Positions 20,388 through 31,403 are shown, numbered from the stretch's first letter. The stretch: DNA of 64,000 bases from Patescibacteria group bacterium (GCA_040757555.1 JBFLWN010000002.1:19116-83115); one strand, 5' to 3'. The notes: a model not told the origin generated them from the letters alone. Translations and numbers: made by a program.

Positions 20388-21316
20388 ATTATTTTTTTTA
20401 AAAGGTTATACGAAATATATTTCGGCACATGTAATACATAATCCCACGTTCCCTCATATTGTATCTCACGTCCCCCAAAACTCTTTTTAAATGCGGTAAC
20501 TCCCGCCCATTCTTTTTTTGTATTACTAATTCCCCAAAAATCAAAGATTTTCATTTTGTATTCTTGTGCAGTCGTTATGGCGTTCCATAATAAAAATGTT
20601 GGTGCATTATAGCGCCCATATCCATATTCTGATGCGGCATAAAGATACGTCGCCCGTTCACCGAAAAATACAACGACAGCAATCGCAATAATCTTTTGTT
20701 CCACAATCGCACAAAACACTTCCGATCGACACTCCCCTTCCAATGAAAAAATTTCTTCGTAATATTTTTTTGGATATGCTTGTAGTTGATGCCGTATATT
20801 TGTTTCCTTAAATAAATCCCAAAATACATCAAAATATTTTTTCTTCTCGTCAAAAGTTTTTGCGCATAGTACTGTCACTCCTCTTTTTTCTGCAGCACGA
20901 ACCGAATATCGGGTATCATGTTCCATTTTTTTTAGTAAATCGTCCTTCGAAAGCGTGAGATCAAGGAGAAGTGTTTCTTCGGGTTGTACCGAGTTGACCT
21001 TTCTAAATCCAAACGTGAAAAGCATTTCAGTTAGTACATCAGATTTTCTTTCAAATGGATCAACACGAATAAAAAAAGAATTGTGAGAACGCGCCATTTT
21101 TTTTATTTCATCCAAAAAACTTTTTATATTTCTTTCATTCCATTCTCCGATAAATCCATGGGGAATATAGAGATATGATTGACCCAGAGGCAATGAATAT
21201 TTGATTACAAGAGAAGAAATTGAATCTGTGTGCAACCGAAAAACATCTCTTCCAAGATGCTTTTGTAATCTCTCCCACTCCTGTGATTGAAGAAATGAAA
21301 TATCCTTATGTAACAT
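20384..21316 (-). CDS. FemABX-family peptidoglycan peptidyltransferase
   Basis: FLQSQEW, TRYSVRAAEKRGV, FDFWG, GVTAFKKSFGG. Confidence 0.9.
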   Translation of the reverse strand: MLHKDISFLQSQEWERLQKHLGRDVFRLHTDSISSLVIKYSLPLGQSYLYIPHGFIGEWNERNIKSFLDEIKKMARSHNSFFIRVDPFERKSDVLTEMLFTFGFRKVNSVQPEETLLLDLTLSKDDLLKKMEHDTRYSVRAAEKRGVTVLCAKTFDEKKKYFDVFWDLFKETNIRHQLQAYPKKYYEEIFSLEGECRSEVFCAIVEQKIIAIAVVVFFGERATYLYAASEYGYGRYNAPTFLLWNAITTAQEYKMKIFDFWGISNTKKEWAGVTAFKKSFGGREIQYEGTWDYVLHVPKYISYNLLKKII

Positions 21317-21346
21317 GTTTTTATTTTTTTAAAAATTCACTGTCCA

Positions 21347-22630
21347 TTACGATTTAGATAGATAAAGCGTTGGATTGATATCTCCCCCAACTGGCATCGG
21401 TCCACACACACGGGATGCCTGCGTTCCTTCTGGAAATCCCGCACGTGCAGGAGTAAGTGTTTGAGAGGAAAAGACTGTAAAGTGTAAGTGTGGGCCAGTA
21501 GCCCATCCGGTCTTTCCCATATATCCAATAACTTGGCCCCTCTCTACTTTATCGCCTACAGAAACAATTTGGTGAGAAAGATGTCCATATAGTGTGGTAA
21601 GTCCGTTTTCATGTTTGATGACAATGAACTTTCCATATGCCGCTTTTCTACAAAATTTATCCTGATCACCCACATTTATTACTGTCCCTTTTTCGGCTGC
21701 AACAATTTCTGCACCTAAAAATCTCCCCATATCCAACCCATTATGATATTTGCTTTTATAATTTTTAGCTGCAAATGCGGTGGCCCCGTATCCTTGGGTT
21801 AATCTTCCTTCCGGCACCGGCCACAACAGAACTCCGGGACGCGGAAGAGGAAGAAGGTTGGGATCAATATTTTTTCTCATTTCAGTTTCTATTTTTTCAA
21901 TTTCTAGTGAAATCTCATCTTGAAGTTTTGTTAATTCTTCAATTTGCTTTTCATAAATGAGTTCCTGATTTTTTGTCTGTGATAACACCACCTGCTTTTC
22001 CTTTTTTTGATCAGCCAAAATCACCTGCCTATTTTGAAAATTCACCTTTTCAGCCGCCTTCTCTTGTTTTTTATTTTCCCCCTCCCTTATTTTTTTTGTT
22101 AAATCCATCTGAAGATTTTTCAATGCCTCGAGATTTTCATAGAGGTTACTATTGAGCGTTGAAATAGTACGTGCTTCAGCAACGCTTTCGGCAAGACTCT
22201 TGTTTCTTAAAAAAATAGTTAAAAAGTTTTCATTGTCCTTTTGTTGTAATTCAGAAAAGAGCTTCCCTATCGTTTCTTTTTTTTGGGCGATGTTTTTTTC
22301 TGTGTTTCCTATATCTCCAGTGAGGGAATCAATCTCGAGTTCAATTTTTTCTATAGCAAGGTTGTTTGATTTTACCAAAAGGTCGAGTTGGCTAATGGTA
22401 TTATCCATAGTCTTTATCTCCTTGGAAAGTTTCGTATTTGATTTGGCTACGGTCTCTAAATTTTTCTCTAGTGCCGCTCTCTGTTCCTGAAGTTCTTTTA
22501 ATCGTTCGCTTTTTTCCGCAATAAGATCCCGAAGACTTCCCCCGCTCGTTTGGGATTGAGCATAGGAAAAAAATGGCGCACAGAGCACAAATACAAGAAA
22601 AATACTAAAAACGAAAATAATTTTTTTCAT
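21347..22630 (-). CDS. M23 peptidase with long coiled coil (EnvC-like)
   Basis: Signal peptide, coiled coil, HNGLD, YGHLS, TGPHLHF. Confidence 0.92.
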   Translation of the reverse strand: MKKIIFVFSIFLVFVLCAPFFSYAQSQTSGGSLRDLIAEKSERLKELQEQRAALEKNLETVAKSNTKLSKEIKTMDNTISQLDLLVKSNNLAIEKIELEIDSLTGDIGNTEKNIAQKKETIGKLFSELQQKDNENFLTIFLRNKSLAESVAEARTISTLNSNLYENLEALKNLQMDLTKKIREGENKKQEKAAEKVNFQNRQVILADQKKEKQVVLSQTKNQELIYEKQIEELTKLQDEISLEIEKIETEMRKNIDPNLLPLPRPGVLLWPVPEGRLTQGYGATAFAAKNYKSKYHNGLDMGRFLGAEIVAAEKGTVINVGDQDKFCRKAAYGKFIVIKHENGLTTLYGHLSHQIVSVGDKVERGQVIGYMGKTGWATGPHLHFTVFSSQTLTPARAGFPEGTQASRVCGPMPVGGDINPTLYLSKS

Positions 22631-22640
22631 AGTAATAATA

Positions 22641-24059
22641 CTACGAACTTAGTTTTGCTATCGCGACAGAAATTCTTTCTAATGATTCTTTCTTTCCTAA
22701 TATCTCAAGAAGTTCAAATGGTCCGGGAGAGGCGGACTTTCCTGAAAGGGCGGCTCGAAGTGGCCACAATACATCTCCCCTCCCCCGCAGTTCAGCGATT
22801 GGATATATGAGATTTTCCAATGATGTGTGAGAAAAATCTTCATGAGGAATTAACGCATTTTGTATAAGCTTCAGATTTTCAAGCATTTCTTTTTCATTCG
22901 ATTTTTTCCATACAAGAAGTGTTTTTTCATAATCCTGAAGTTCGAAGAAAAAGCCGGCAAGAGAAACAAATTCCCCAAGACGTTTTATGCGTTCTCTTTC
23001 CACCTTAATCACCTTTCGAATGCGCTCTTTATCTTTTTTCCATTGTTCTGGAATAAATATATCGAGTGCGTCCACTAATTCATCATTACTCTTTGATCGG
23101 ATGTAATGCGCGTTCAACCAATCTAATTTTTCCGGATTAAAAATACCTCCCGCTTTCTGTACCCTCTCGAAACTGAATTCTTCAATCATCTCTTGAATAC
23201 TTAAAATTTCTCTATCTTTTTTTGGATGCCATCCGAGAAGTACAAGAAAATTTATCATTGCCTCAGGGAGATACCCTTCGATTTTATAATCATAAATCGA
23301 CTTTGCGAGATCTCTTTTAGAAAGTTTTTTCTTATTTGATCCAAGAATCAATGGAAGATGGGCGTAGACAAGCGGAGAAAATCCAAGTGCTTCTTGAAGA
23401 GCAATTTGACGTGGAGTGTTTGAAATATGCTCTTCTCCTCGCACTACGTGGGTAATATTCATTTCAAAATCGTCAACCACATTTGCAAAATTGTAGAGTG
23501 GCTCATCTAATCCTTTTGCAATAATAATATCTCCAATGAGTCTCGTATCGAATGTTACTTTCCCTCGAACAAGATCGTGAAACGAGATTTCTTTTTCAGG
23601 CACCCTAAAACGTATCACTCCACTTTCCTTTTCGAGGCGCTTTTTTACTTCTTCATCGGAAAGTGACAAACATTTTTTACTGTATTTTGGTGCCATTCCC
23701 TGGCTCAATTGTGCCTGATATTCATCTTCGAGTTCTTTCTCAGTGCAGAAACAGTAGTATGCATATTTTTTCTCCAATAACTGCTCAAGATAAAATCTGT
23801 ATCGTTCAAGTCTATCGCTCTGTCGATACAACTCGTCCCATGAAAGACCCAACCATTCCAAACTCTTTTTTATATCTTCTTCATATCGCGCCTCAGAACG
23901 CTGTGTATCGGTATCCTCAATACGAAGCACAAATAATCCTCCTTCGTGTCGGGCAAACAACCAATTAAACAACGCGGTACGCACCCCTCCGATATTTAGA
24001 GGCCCGGTCGGCGATGGAGCAAATCTCAATTTTACTTTTTTTCCTTCTTTTGGTGGCAT
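22641..24059 (-). CDS. gltX: Glutamate--tRNA ligase
   Basis: RFAPSPTG, LRIEDTD, RGEEHISNT, KLSKR. Confidence 0.97.
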   Translation of the reverse strand: MPPKEGKKVKLRFAPSPTGPLNIGGVRTALFNWLFARHEGGLFVLRIEDTDTQRSEARYEEDIKKSLEWLGLSWDELYRQSDRLERYRFYLEQLLEKKYAYYCFCTEKELEDEYQAQLSQGMAPKYSKKCLSLSDEEVKKRLEKESGVIRFRVPEKEISFHDLVRGKVTFDTRLIGDIIIAKGLDEPLYNFANVVDDFEMNITHVVRGEEHISNTPRQIALQEALGFSPLVYAHLPLILGSNKKKLSKRDLAKSIYDYKIEGYLPEAMINFLVLLGWHPKKDREILSIQEMIEEFSFERVQKAGGIFNPEKLDWLNAHYIRSKSNDELVDALDIFIPEQWKKDKERIRKVIKVERERIKRLGEFVSLAGFFFELQDYEKTLLVWKKSNEKEMLENLKLIQNALIPHEDFSHTSLENLIYPIAELRGRGDVLWPLRAALSGKSASPGPFELLEILGKKESLERISVAIAKLSS

Positions 24060-24063
24060 ATAT

Positions 24064-25191
24064 TTATTTCTTTAATCCAAACATAATAATCTCTTCCGCA
24101 ATTTCTTTTGCTGCGTTTGGTTTTGAAAAATTCTTTGCGGCAACTTCCATTGTCCTCAACATATCTTCATGAGAAAGAAGTTCTTTTATTTTCGAAAGAA
24201 CAATGTGGGGAGTAAAGTTTTCCTTCTCCAACACAATTGCGGCTCCTGACTTTGCGTAACTATACGCATTTGCACGCTGATGATCATTTGCGGCACTTTC
24301 TAATGGCACAAGAATCGATGCCTTTCCAAAAAACGCAATTTCAAAAATAGTTGATCCGGAACGGGAAAGAATAATATCCGCTGCGGAAAACGCATTTTTA
24401 TACTGCAACACATCCAAAAGTTCAAATGAACAATAACTTGCATTGAGTTGCTCGCCCATCTCACGTTGTAATGATCTCACTATATCATCTGCTTCTCTTT
24501 TATTTCCGGGACCCACTTGATGAATAAGTTGTATACCATCCTCAATAAGTGTTTTCAAATTGTTAAAAATAAATGAATTTATCTGTGCCGCTCCCTGAGA
24601 TCCTCCCAAAACAAGAATAGTCGGTTTTGAAGAGTTCAACTTAAAATATTCTCTTGCTTGTTCTTTCCTGAATGCTCCTTCCATAATCTCTTTACGTATT
24701 GGATTTCCAACTACTGCAGTCTTTGATTTTGAAAAATATTTTACGGCTTCAGGAAAAGATACTGCGATACGTGTAGCAAAATGACCACAAAGACGGTTGG
24801 TAAGTCCCGGAACAGCATCCGAATCTTGAATAATAACGGGAATAAAATAAAATCGTGCGGCAAGTACTACGGGAAATGCACCTGGACCTCCTTTTGAAAA
24901 CACCACATCGGGCATAATTTTATATACCCAAAAGAGTGACTGGAAAAAACTCCAAAACAATTTTGGGATATCGATAAAGTTGGCAACAGAAAAATATCTC
25001 CTTAGTTTACTCGACGCAATTGAATACACCGCAATATTTTTTTCTCCCAAAATTGCATCAAATTGTCCCGGTGGCCCTACATACGAGAGTTGGATATTTA
25101 CATCGGGTATATTTTCAAATTCCTCAGTAACCGCAAGGAGCGGATATATGTGTCCTCCACTTCCTCCGCCGGTAAGTAAAACTCTAATCAT
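24064..25191 (-). CDS. murG: Lipid I N-acetylglucosaminyltransferase
   Basis: GGGSGGHIYP, GNPIR, GGSQGA, HQRANA. Confidence 0.95.
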   Translation of the reverse strand: MIRVLLTGGGSGGHIYPLLAVTEEFENIPDVNIQLSYVGPPGQFDAILGEKNIAVYSIASSKLRRYFSVANFIDIPKLFWSFFQSLFWVYKIMPDVVFSKGGPGAFPVVLAARFYFIPVIIQDSDAVPGLTNRLCGHFATRIAVSFPEAVKYFSKSKTAVVGNPIRKEIMEGAFRKEQAREYFKLNSSKPTILVLGGSQGAAQINSFIFNNLKTLIEDGIQLIHQVGPGNKREADDIVRSLQREMGEQLNASYCSFELLDVLQYKNAFSAADIILSRSGSTIFEIAFFGKASILVPLESAANDHQRANAYSYAKSGAAIVLEKENFTPHIVLSKIKELLSHEDMLRTMEVAAKNFSKPNAAKEIAEEIIMFGLKK

Positions 25192-25228
25192 AAAAGTGTA
25201 AAAAATAAGGAAAACTCAGCGTAAATCC

Positions 25229-26335
25229 TTAACGCCTATACCTTGATATGTTACCAATAATGCCACTCATCGTCAAAAAAACAGCAAGAGCGGTACCTCC
25301 ATAACTTACAAACGGCAATGGAACGCCGGTAAGGGGAAGGAGACCCGAAATTGCGCCAATATTTATAAATGCCTGGATCCCAATAAGAGAAACAAATCCA
25401 GTGGTAAGTATCTTACTAAAACTATCCGGCGAACGACGAGCAATCATAAATCCCCTTCCAAGAAATACCAAAAATCCAAGTAACACTGCCATCGAACCAA
25501 TAAATCCGAACTCTTCTGCAATAACCGCAAAAATAGAATCACCAATAGGTTCCGGTAAATATTTTAATTTTGTCGTCGATTTTCCAAACCCAACCCCATC
25601 AAGTTGACCCGATCCAATTGCCTGTTGTGCTTGATTAATATGGTAGGTCGCACCAAGCGGATCAGAACCCCCATCAAAAAATGTTTTCACTCGTTCCATA
25701 CGATATGGAGTAACGAGAATGAGGCCCACAAACATTACTACTGCGAGAAGGAGCGTGACCGCAATAAAACGAGCACGAGCTCCGGCAGTGATGTAGGAAA
25801 TAAGAGAAGTAAGAAAAATAATCACCGCTATAGTAGTAGAGGGTTGCATCACCAATAACCCCAACACCACTCCAAGAAAAAGGAGAAAAGGAAGAAGTCC
25901 CTTGGTTACTGTTTTACTTCGGGCTTGATTTCTACTTACCCATGAGGCAAGAAATAAAATAAATGTGAATTTCATCAATTCCCCCGGTTGAAACGAAAAA
26001 AAACCAAAAGAAAGCCATCGTTCAGATCCTTTTATTTCCAACCCAAATGGGGTAAAGACGAGAATGAGACAAATAACACTGAGGATGAGAAATGGAAGCG
26101 CAAATTTTTCCCAATATTTTAATGGAATAAAAAATGCAAGAAAAAAACCCACGATGCCAGGAATAAGTCCAAACATAATCTGATGTTTCAGATAATAATA
26201 GCTATCACCAAATTTCGCCTTGGAAAGATCCGATGACGCGCTGGTAAGCATAACAAGTCCAAATATTGTAAGGAGGAGCACGATAACAATAAAAACGAGA
26301 TCAGTGGTATGAGTTTTGTATGTTGAACCTCTCAT
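25229..26335 (-). CDS. ftsW: SEDS peptidoglycan polymerase FtsW
   Basis: FQPGELMK, YLPEPIGDSIFAVIAEE, PLTGVPLPFVSYGG. Confidence 0.93.
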   Translation of the reverse strand: MRGSTYKTHTTDLVFIVIVLLLTIFGLVMLTSASSDLSKAKFGDSYYYLKHQIMFGLIPGIVGFFLAFFIPLKYWEKFALPFLILSVICLILVFTPFGLEIKGSERWLSFGFFSFQPGELMKFTFILFLASWVSRNQARSKTVTKGLLPFLLFLGVVLGLLVMQPSTTIAVIIFLTSLISYITAGARARFIAVTLLLAVVMFVGLILVTPYRMERVKTFFDGGSDPLGATYHINQAQQAIGSGQLDGVGFGKSTTKLKYLPEPIGDSIFAVIAEEFGFIGSMAVLLGFLVFLGRGFMIARRSPDSFSKILTTGFVSLIGIQAFINIGAISGLLPLTGVPLPFVSYGGTALAVFLTMSGIIGNISRYRR

Positions 26336-26341
26336 TTTTGT

Positions 26342-27841
26342 TTAATATGCTTTCAAAAGTGTTTTTCCTCCCCGCACATCTTCAATAACCCCTTCCTTCA
26401 TCACGTGTACTCCATTTACAAACACCTCAAACGCCATTGAGTCTTTAAAAATAACAATGTCGGCATAATATCCTTCTTTTATCTGTCCCCGCTCGCGAAT
26501 TCCATATTTTACTGCTGGAATTGAGGTATGTTTTGATATCAATCGCTCCAATGCAATATTTTCTTCTTTTGTAACAGCACTCATTGATGTAAAAATTGGC
26601 TGCCGTGGTTTTGAACTAAACTCGGATTTCGAAAAACTTGCACTCGCCGATGAAATAATGGAAACAGGAGAACTAATAAAGTCCCTCAGGGTTTTTTTAT
26701 CTACATCTTCTATCGCACACAGTATTGTCATGTGGGAAATTTGCATGAGGTATAACAGTGTGTTTCCGACTGACATTCCAAAACTTTTTGATATTTCTTT
26801 TAAAGACCTCCCGACAAGAGACGATAAATATTTCGGAGCAACCGCAATCACCACACTCTTCAGATCCAAATCAGAAAAATGATTCATAATTCTTTTTTTA
26901 AAACGTGGATTATGGAGGTGGATGAACGTTTCTTCAATGTGTTCATCATGAATCCAATGGGGAAGGAAACGATGAATAGGAATAATCCGCTCAAATGAAA
27001 TGGGAATATCAAAATTTATATTTGCCATCGCCGATTCTTGTTCGATAAGTGTTTTTGCTCCCTGATAATCATCGCTGTATTCTTTCGTCGGTATAAAATG
27101 GCTTATCTCTATTTTTATCCCGGTTTCTTTAGCAACCCTCAACACATCGTGGACAGCGGATCCAAGATGATCTCCAAAATTTCTTATATGAGTCGCGTAT
27201 ACCCCTCCTTTCTCTCCAACTATTTTAATGAGATTCGATATCTCTTTATATGGAATATGTTCTTCATGAGCCTCTTCAAAACCAGTCGAAAGACCAAATA
27301 CACCCTCTTTCAGTGCATCCTTCAAAATATTCTCCGTCATCTCATATTCGGAATCCGTGAGATCTCTCAATGCCCCTCCTGTTATAAAATTCCGAATTGT
27401 AGTGTATCCGATCAATGTTCCAAAATTGACTCCAAATTTTTTATTCTTTAATACACGGAATAATTCACGCATATCGTGCCAATGTATATTTGCGGATGAC
27501 ACTTGTGTATGTCCCCAGTCGGTTGAAACACCTTTTCTTGCAAGAGAGAATGGCGCAAGTGATTCACCACAATTTCCTCCGATGATGGTAGTAATTCCCT
27601 CTTTTAAAAAATCCCGTTGGAGAGGATCCGAAAAAATACTGAAATAATGATCCGAATGTGTGTTTATATCAATAAATCCGGGACATACGATAAAACCCGT
27701 TGCATCAATAACTTCATCCGCTTTTATTTTCGACAGTGATCCAATCCGTACAATACGGTCATTTTGTAGTAATACATCCAACTTTTGTGGCGCATCCAAT
27801 GTGCCGACATATAAAAGCCCGTTCTTTATAAGGGTCGTCAT
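26342..27841 (-). CDS. N-acyl-D-amino-acid deacylase-like amidohydrolase
   Basis: PGFIDINTHSD, GNCG, GLSTG, RGQIKEGYYADIVIF. Confidence 0.85.
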   Translation of the reverse strand: MTTLIKNGLLYVGTLDAPQKLDVLLQNDRIVRIGSLSKIKADEVIDATGFIVCPGFIDINTHSDHYFSIFSDPLQRDFLKEGITTIIGGNCGESLAPFSLARKGVSTDWGHTQVSSANIHWHDMRELFRVLKNKKFGVNFGTLIGYTTIRNFITGGALRDLTDSEYEMTENILKDALKEGVFGLSTGFEEAHEEHIPYKEISNLIKIVGEKGGVYATHIRNFGDHLGSAVHDVLRVAKETGIKIEISHFIPTKEYSDDYQGAKTLIEQESAMANINFDIPISFERIIPIHRFLPHWIHDEHIEETFIHLHNPRFKKRIMNHFSDLDLKSVVIAVAPKYLSSLVGRSLKEISKSFGMSVGNTLLYLMQISHMTILCAIEDVDKKTLRDFISSPVSIISSASASFSKSEFSSKPRQPIFTSMSAVTKEENIALERLISKHTSIPAVKYGIRERGQIKEGYYADIVIFKDSMAFEVFVNGVHVMKEGVIEDVRGGKTLLKAY

Positions 27842-27889
27842 GTGTATTTATTATACCTCAAGTATGGCAGATATTAATCCACAAAAGAA

Positions 27890-27918
27890 AAACTGCAGGG
27901 ATATTCCTGCAGTTTTTT
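27890..27918. terminator. Bidirectional-type terminator
   Basis: AAAACTGCAGG...CCTGCAGTTTTT. Confidence 0.8.
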
Positions 27919-27919
27919 A

Positions 27920-28390
27920 TTAATCGATTTTAAAAAGAAAAGATGGTTTATTATTTAATCGGGTAAGGTTCTGATAATCGAGAACCTTGGGATTTCCCAT
28001 GAGCCAAGAGATGGACACTTCATAATCTTCTGATCGTGCATTCTTATTCAAGGATTTCATTATTTTTTCCGCATTTTCATAAAATGGGGAACGTATTCCG
28101 GAAGTCAATTCTAATGGACCATCATTATTTCCACTCAGCGTCCACTGCTGAATATCTTTATATGACGAGATTCTTGCCATACCGGAAAAATTCCAAAGTA
28201 TTTTTGTGTATCTACGTTCTCTTAAAAATACAAAATTCAAAATACCCCAACTCTTTGCCTTTCTTTTTCCATTTTTCTTTTCAACGTTTATACGAAAACT
28301 TGTAAAGATGAGCTTCTTTCCCCGAATTATTGAAAAGAGTGCCTCAATCGAAGAAAAGATCATTTCTCCAAAATCACTTTTTATTTCCAT
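27920..28390 (-). CDS. Hypothetical protein, SD-led cassette gene
   Basis: GGAGGT SD; TTGACA overlaps the last codons of tgt. Confidence 0.7.
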   Translation of the reverse strand: MEIKSDFGEMIFSSIEALFSIIRGKKLIFTSFRINVEKKNGKRKAKSWGILNFVFLRERRYTKILWNFSGMARISSYKDIQQWTLSGNNDGPLELTSGIRSPFYENAEKIMKSLNKNARSEDYEVSISWLMGNPKVLDYQNLTRLNNKPSFLFKID

Positions 28391-28446
28391 TGCTACCTCC
28401 AATATAGTTTTCAAAAGCTATTTACACGATAACGCCCTTTCTCAAA

Positions 28447-29592
28447 CTATGTCAACTTTTTTAAAGATTCATTTTTGAACTCATTAAATCTATTTTCTTT
28501 TATGGACGTTCGTATTTTTTCCATAAGTGTATTAAAGAAAAATATATTATGAATACTCACTAAAGTTCCCGCTTCATTATCCTTTGATTTAAACATCTCT
28601 CTCAATTGTTTTTTTGGAATACCGGAAGCGCAGGCTTCACATCCACATCCGTGTTCTATCACTTGTGCATCGTCCTTGTATCTCCCCTTCTTTAAATCAA
28701 TTCTCCCCTGTGTGGTCCATGCGGAACCGTGACGAGCTTCACGCGTCGGAATCACACAATCAAATGTATCAATTCCTTTTTCCACTCCTAAAAATAAATC
28801 TTCGATTTTCCCGATCCCAAGAAGATGTCTCGGTTTTTCTTCGGGAAGATAATGAATCACCCACTCGAGTACTTCCCCCATTTTTTTCTCTCCAAACGAT
28901 CCCCCAATTCCAAACCCATCAAAAGGAAGCGCACCGATATATTTCGCACTTTCTTTTCTTAAGTCCTCAAAAATTCCTCCTTGCACAATACCATATAATT
29001 TCTGTGCACTTTTAGATTTCGACTCCAAACATATGTGCGCCCACCTATGTGTTCTTCCAAGTGCCTCCTTTTGGTATACATAATCATGTTCGGGGGAAGT
29101 ACATTCATCAAATGCAAATATAATGTCCGCCCCAAGTTTCTTTTGTATCTCCATTGAAAGTTTTGGCCCCAAAAAATGCTCTCCATTTTCGTCGGTAAAA
29201 AACACCCCCTCTTCAGTGATGCGCGTAAGATTTTCACTCGCCTTTTTCTTTTCTCCGCCCAACACCTTTCCCACTCCATGTTCACGACCGAATCCGAGGC
29301 TAAATACTTGAAATCCACCACTGTCCGTCATAATCACCGTGTTTGGAAGTTTCATGCGCGCATGCACTCCTTCAAATGAATCTAATTTTTCTCCAAGGGT
29401 AAGCCATAAATGATATGTGTTCGCGATGATGAGTTGTGTTTTTGCCTGCAATAATTGATCTGGAGAAACCGAACGCACTTCTGCATGCGTCCCCACAATC
29501 GCATATGATGGCGTTTCGACATCACCACTTGAGGTATGAATAATGCCCGCGCGAGCGCGGGAATCTTTATCGTTCTGTAAAATTTCAAACAT
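28447..29592 (-). CDS. tgt: tRNA-guanine transglycosylase
   Basis: ANTYHL, TDSGGFQVFSL, DECT, GIVQGG, FDCVIPTR, CGCEAC. Confidence 0.95.
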   Translation of the reverse strand: MFEILQNDKDSRARAGIIHTSSGDVETPSYAIVGTHAEVRSVSPDQLLQAKTQLIIANTYHLWLTLGEKLDSFEGVHARMKLPNTVIMTDSGGFQVFSLGFGREHGVGKVLGGEKKKASENLTRITEEGVFFTDENGEHFLGPKLSMEIQKKLGADIIFAFDECTSPEHDYVYQKEALGRTHRWAHICLESKSKSAQKLYGIVQGGIFEDLRKESAKYIGALPFDGFGIGGSFGEKKMGEVLEWVIHYLPEEKPRHLLGIGKIEDLFLGVEKGIDTFDCVIPTREARHGSAWTTQGRIDLKKGRYKDDAQVIEHGCGCEACASGIPKKQLREMFKSKDNEAGTLVSIHNIFFFNTLMEKIRTSIKENRFNEFKNESLKKLT

Positions 29593-29598
29593 TATAAA

Positions 29599-30621
29599 TT
29601 ATTTTTTGAAAAGCTGCGGATAAATATTAAAAAGAGTAAACAACAAACTGATAATCACTGGACCAAGAATAAATCCCATTGGGCCAAAGAATTGGATTCC
29701 TCCGATGACACCAAGAAAGATGATAAATGGATGAATATTTACTGTTTTTTCTATAAGTATGGGACGCAACACATTGTCGGCCATGCTCACCACAAAAATC
29801 CCCCATAATAAGAGCCCAAGTGCAAATAGCGGATTCACAAAAAAGAAAAGATATGCGACTGCGGGGATAATGACAATCATTGCTCCCACCGCAGGAATAA
29901 GCGCAATCAAAATGAGTACCAACCCCCACAACGCCGGATTGGGAATGCCAAAAATCCAAAACCCTATTCCCGCTAAGATTCCTTGTAATATGGAAATCAC
30001 CAACGTCCCCCTCACCACAGAACCCGCGGTAATCGCAAGGGTATCTAAAATTTGTCTATCAAATTTATCTTCAAGTGGACTATATGCGAGAATTGCTTCC
30101 CTAAATTTTGTTCCATCTTTCAAAAAGAAAAAGAGAGAAAGAAACATAATGATGAGCCCAACAACAAACTGTGTAATCCCGGAAAAAATAGATCCAAAAT
30201 TATTAAATACCCAATCAATTCCTTGTTTTGCATATTCATTTGCATTTGAAGAAAACGATGGAATGTAGTTTACAATTTTTCCCTGAATATATGTCACTAC
30301 TCCCTCACCTTCAAATATATTTCTTCCCGGCTCCGAAACATATTGATACATACTTTTACTCTCTTGAAATACTTTCGCACCGAAGAAAAAGAGCGGAACA
30401 AAAATAAGAAGAAACACAATAATGAGAGTAACCAACGCTCCAATTCCTTCCTTTCCACCAATAAATGTAGAGATTTTTTTATGCATCGGACCGAACACAA
30501 CAGCAAAAACTGCAGCCAAGATAATCGAATAGAGGTATGGGCGAAAAATAAAAAACGCAAGCACAATAGCTATTCCAAGTAGTATAAACAATGTGGTAAT
30601 TTGAAGTTTTTTATCTGCCAT
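29599..30621 (-). CDS. AI-2E family transporter
   Basis: FFFLKDG, LIPAVG, DNVLRP, FGPMGFILGP; likely start MADKK. Confidence 0.9.
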   Translation of the reverse strand: MADKKLQITTLFILLGIAIVLAFFIFRPYLYSIILAAVFAVVFGPMHKKISTFIGGKEGIGALVTLIIVFLLIFVPLFFFGAKVFQESKSMYQYVSEPGRNIFEGEGVVTYIQGKIVNYIPSFSSNANEYAKQGIDWVFNNFGSIFSGITQFVVGLIIMFLSLFFFLKDGTKFREAILAYSPLEDKFDRQILDTLAITAGSVVRGTLVISILQGILAGIGFWIFGIPNPALWGLVLILIALIPAVGAMIVIIPAVAYLFFFVNPLFALGLLLWGIFVVSMADNVLRPILIEKTVNIHPFIIFLGVIGGIQFFGPMGFILGPVIISLLFTLFNIYPQLFKK

Positions 30622-30652
30622 ACTATGAGTATATAGTATTTTATATTTGGTA

Positions 30653-31402
30653 TTAAGCCTTTTTCTCGTACATACCAGCGGCGTCACGATACGGACAGTA
30701 TTCACACTTATCCCCAGCATGAGGAATTGTTTCGCCGTCAAGACATTTTTTTATTTCGAGAAGCGTGCCCTCTATCCATTTATCATCTCCCGTATATGAA
30801 ATAATTTGTACCTTAAATTCAAGTTTTGCATCAAATGCTTCCTTATCTTTATCTCCATTTGCATACACAAAATATCCGGTATCGGAAACTTTAAAATCAC
30901 TCTTTCGCAACAACCATTGATATATTTCCATTTGTCGCTTGTATCCCCCACGATATTCTGCATCAAGGGTGATCTCACTCGTCGTTGATGTTGCTTTGTA
31001 ATCAACCACAATCAATTCTTTTTTTGGATTTACCCAAATATCGTCAACCGCACCGGTAATTACAAAATTTGTCGGGCGGTGAAAATATTGAATTCCCTTG
31101 AAATTTTCCCGCCATTCATCCATCATCTCATGCTGAAATGGCACCGCATCAATTCCATATACCTCCATAAGTGGATGTTTTGATCCGCGTGCACGATGGA
31201 TATCGAATTCTTTTTTAAGGAGTGTATCTACCGCGGAATTCAATGTAAAAGGAAATCCCGGGGGACGTCCCACCCCAAGTCTCCGATCGAGATAAAAACA
31301 CCGCGGACATTCCGTAAATAATTCTATCTTCGATCGACTCAACTTAAACGGATCTGATCCATTCGGATTATATAGGTTTCGAGAACGTTGTCCTTGTATC
31401 AT
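30653..31402 (-). CDS. PD-(D/E)XK (Cas4/RecB-like) nuclease
   Basis: LSRSKI...CPRCF, GAVDD, VDYKAT, QMEIY, CEYCPY. Confidence 0.88.
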   Translation of the reverse strand: MIQGQRSRNLYNPNGSDPFKLSRSKIELFTECPRCFYLDRRLGVGRPPGFPFTLNSAVDTLLKKEFDIHRARGSKHPLMEVYGIDAVPFQHEMMDEWRENFKGIQYFHRPTNFVITGAVDDIWVNPKKELIVVDYKATSTTSEITLDAEYRGGYKRQMEIYQWLLRKSDFKVSDTGYFVYANGDKDKEAFDAKLEFKVQIISYTGDDKWIEGTLLEIKKCLDGETIPHAGDKCEYCPYRDAAGMYEKKA

Positions 31403-31403
31403 T

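Noticed and set aside
30653-31402. Cas4-like nuclease as evidence of CRISPR-Cas
   Set aside because: No cas1/cas2 or repeat-spacer array. Solo PD-(D/E)XK nucleases (also 15235 and 63569) are common.
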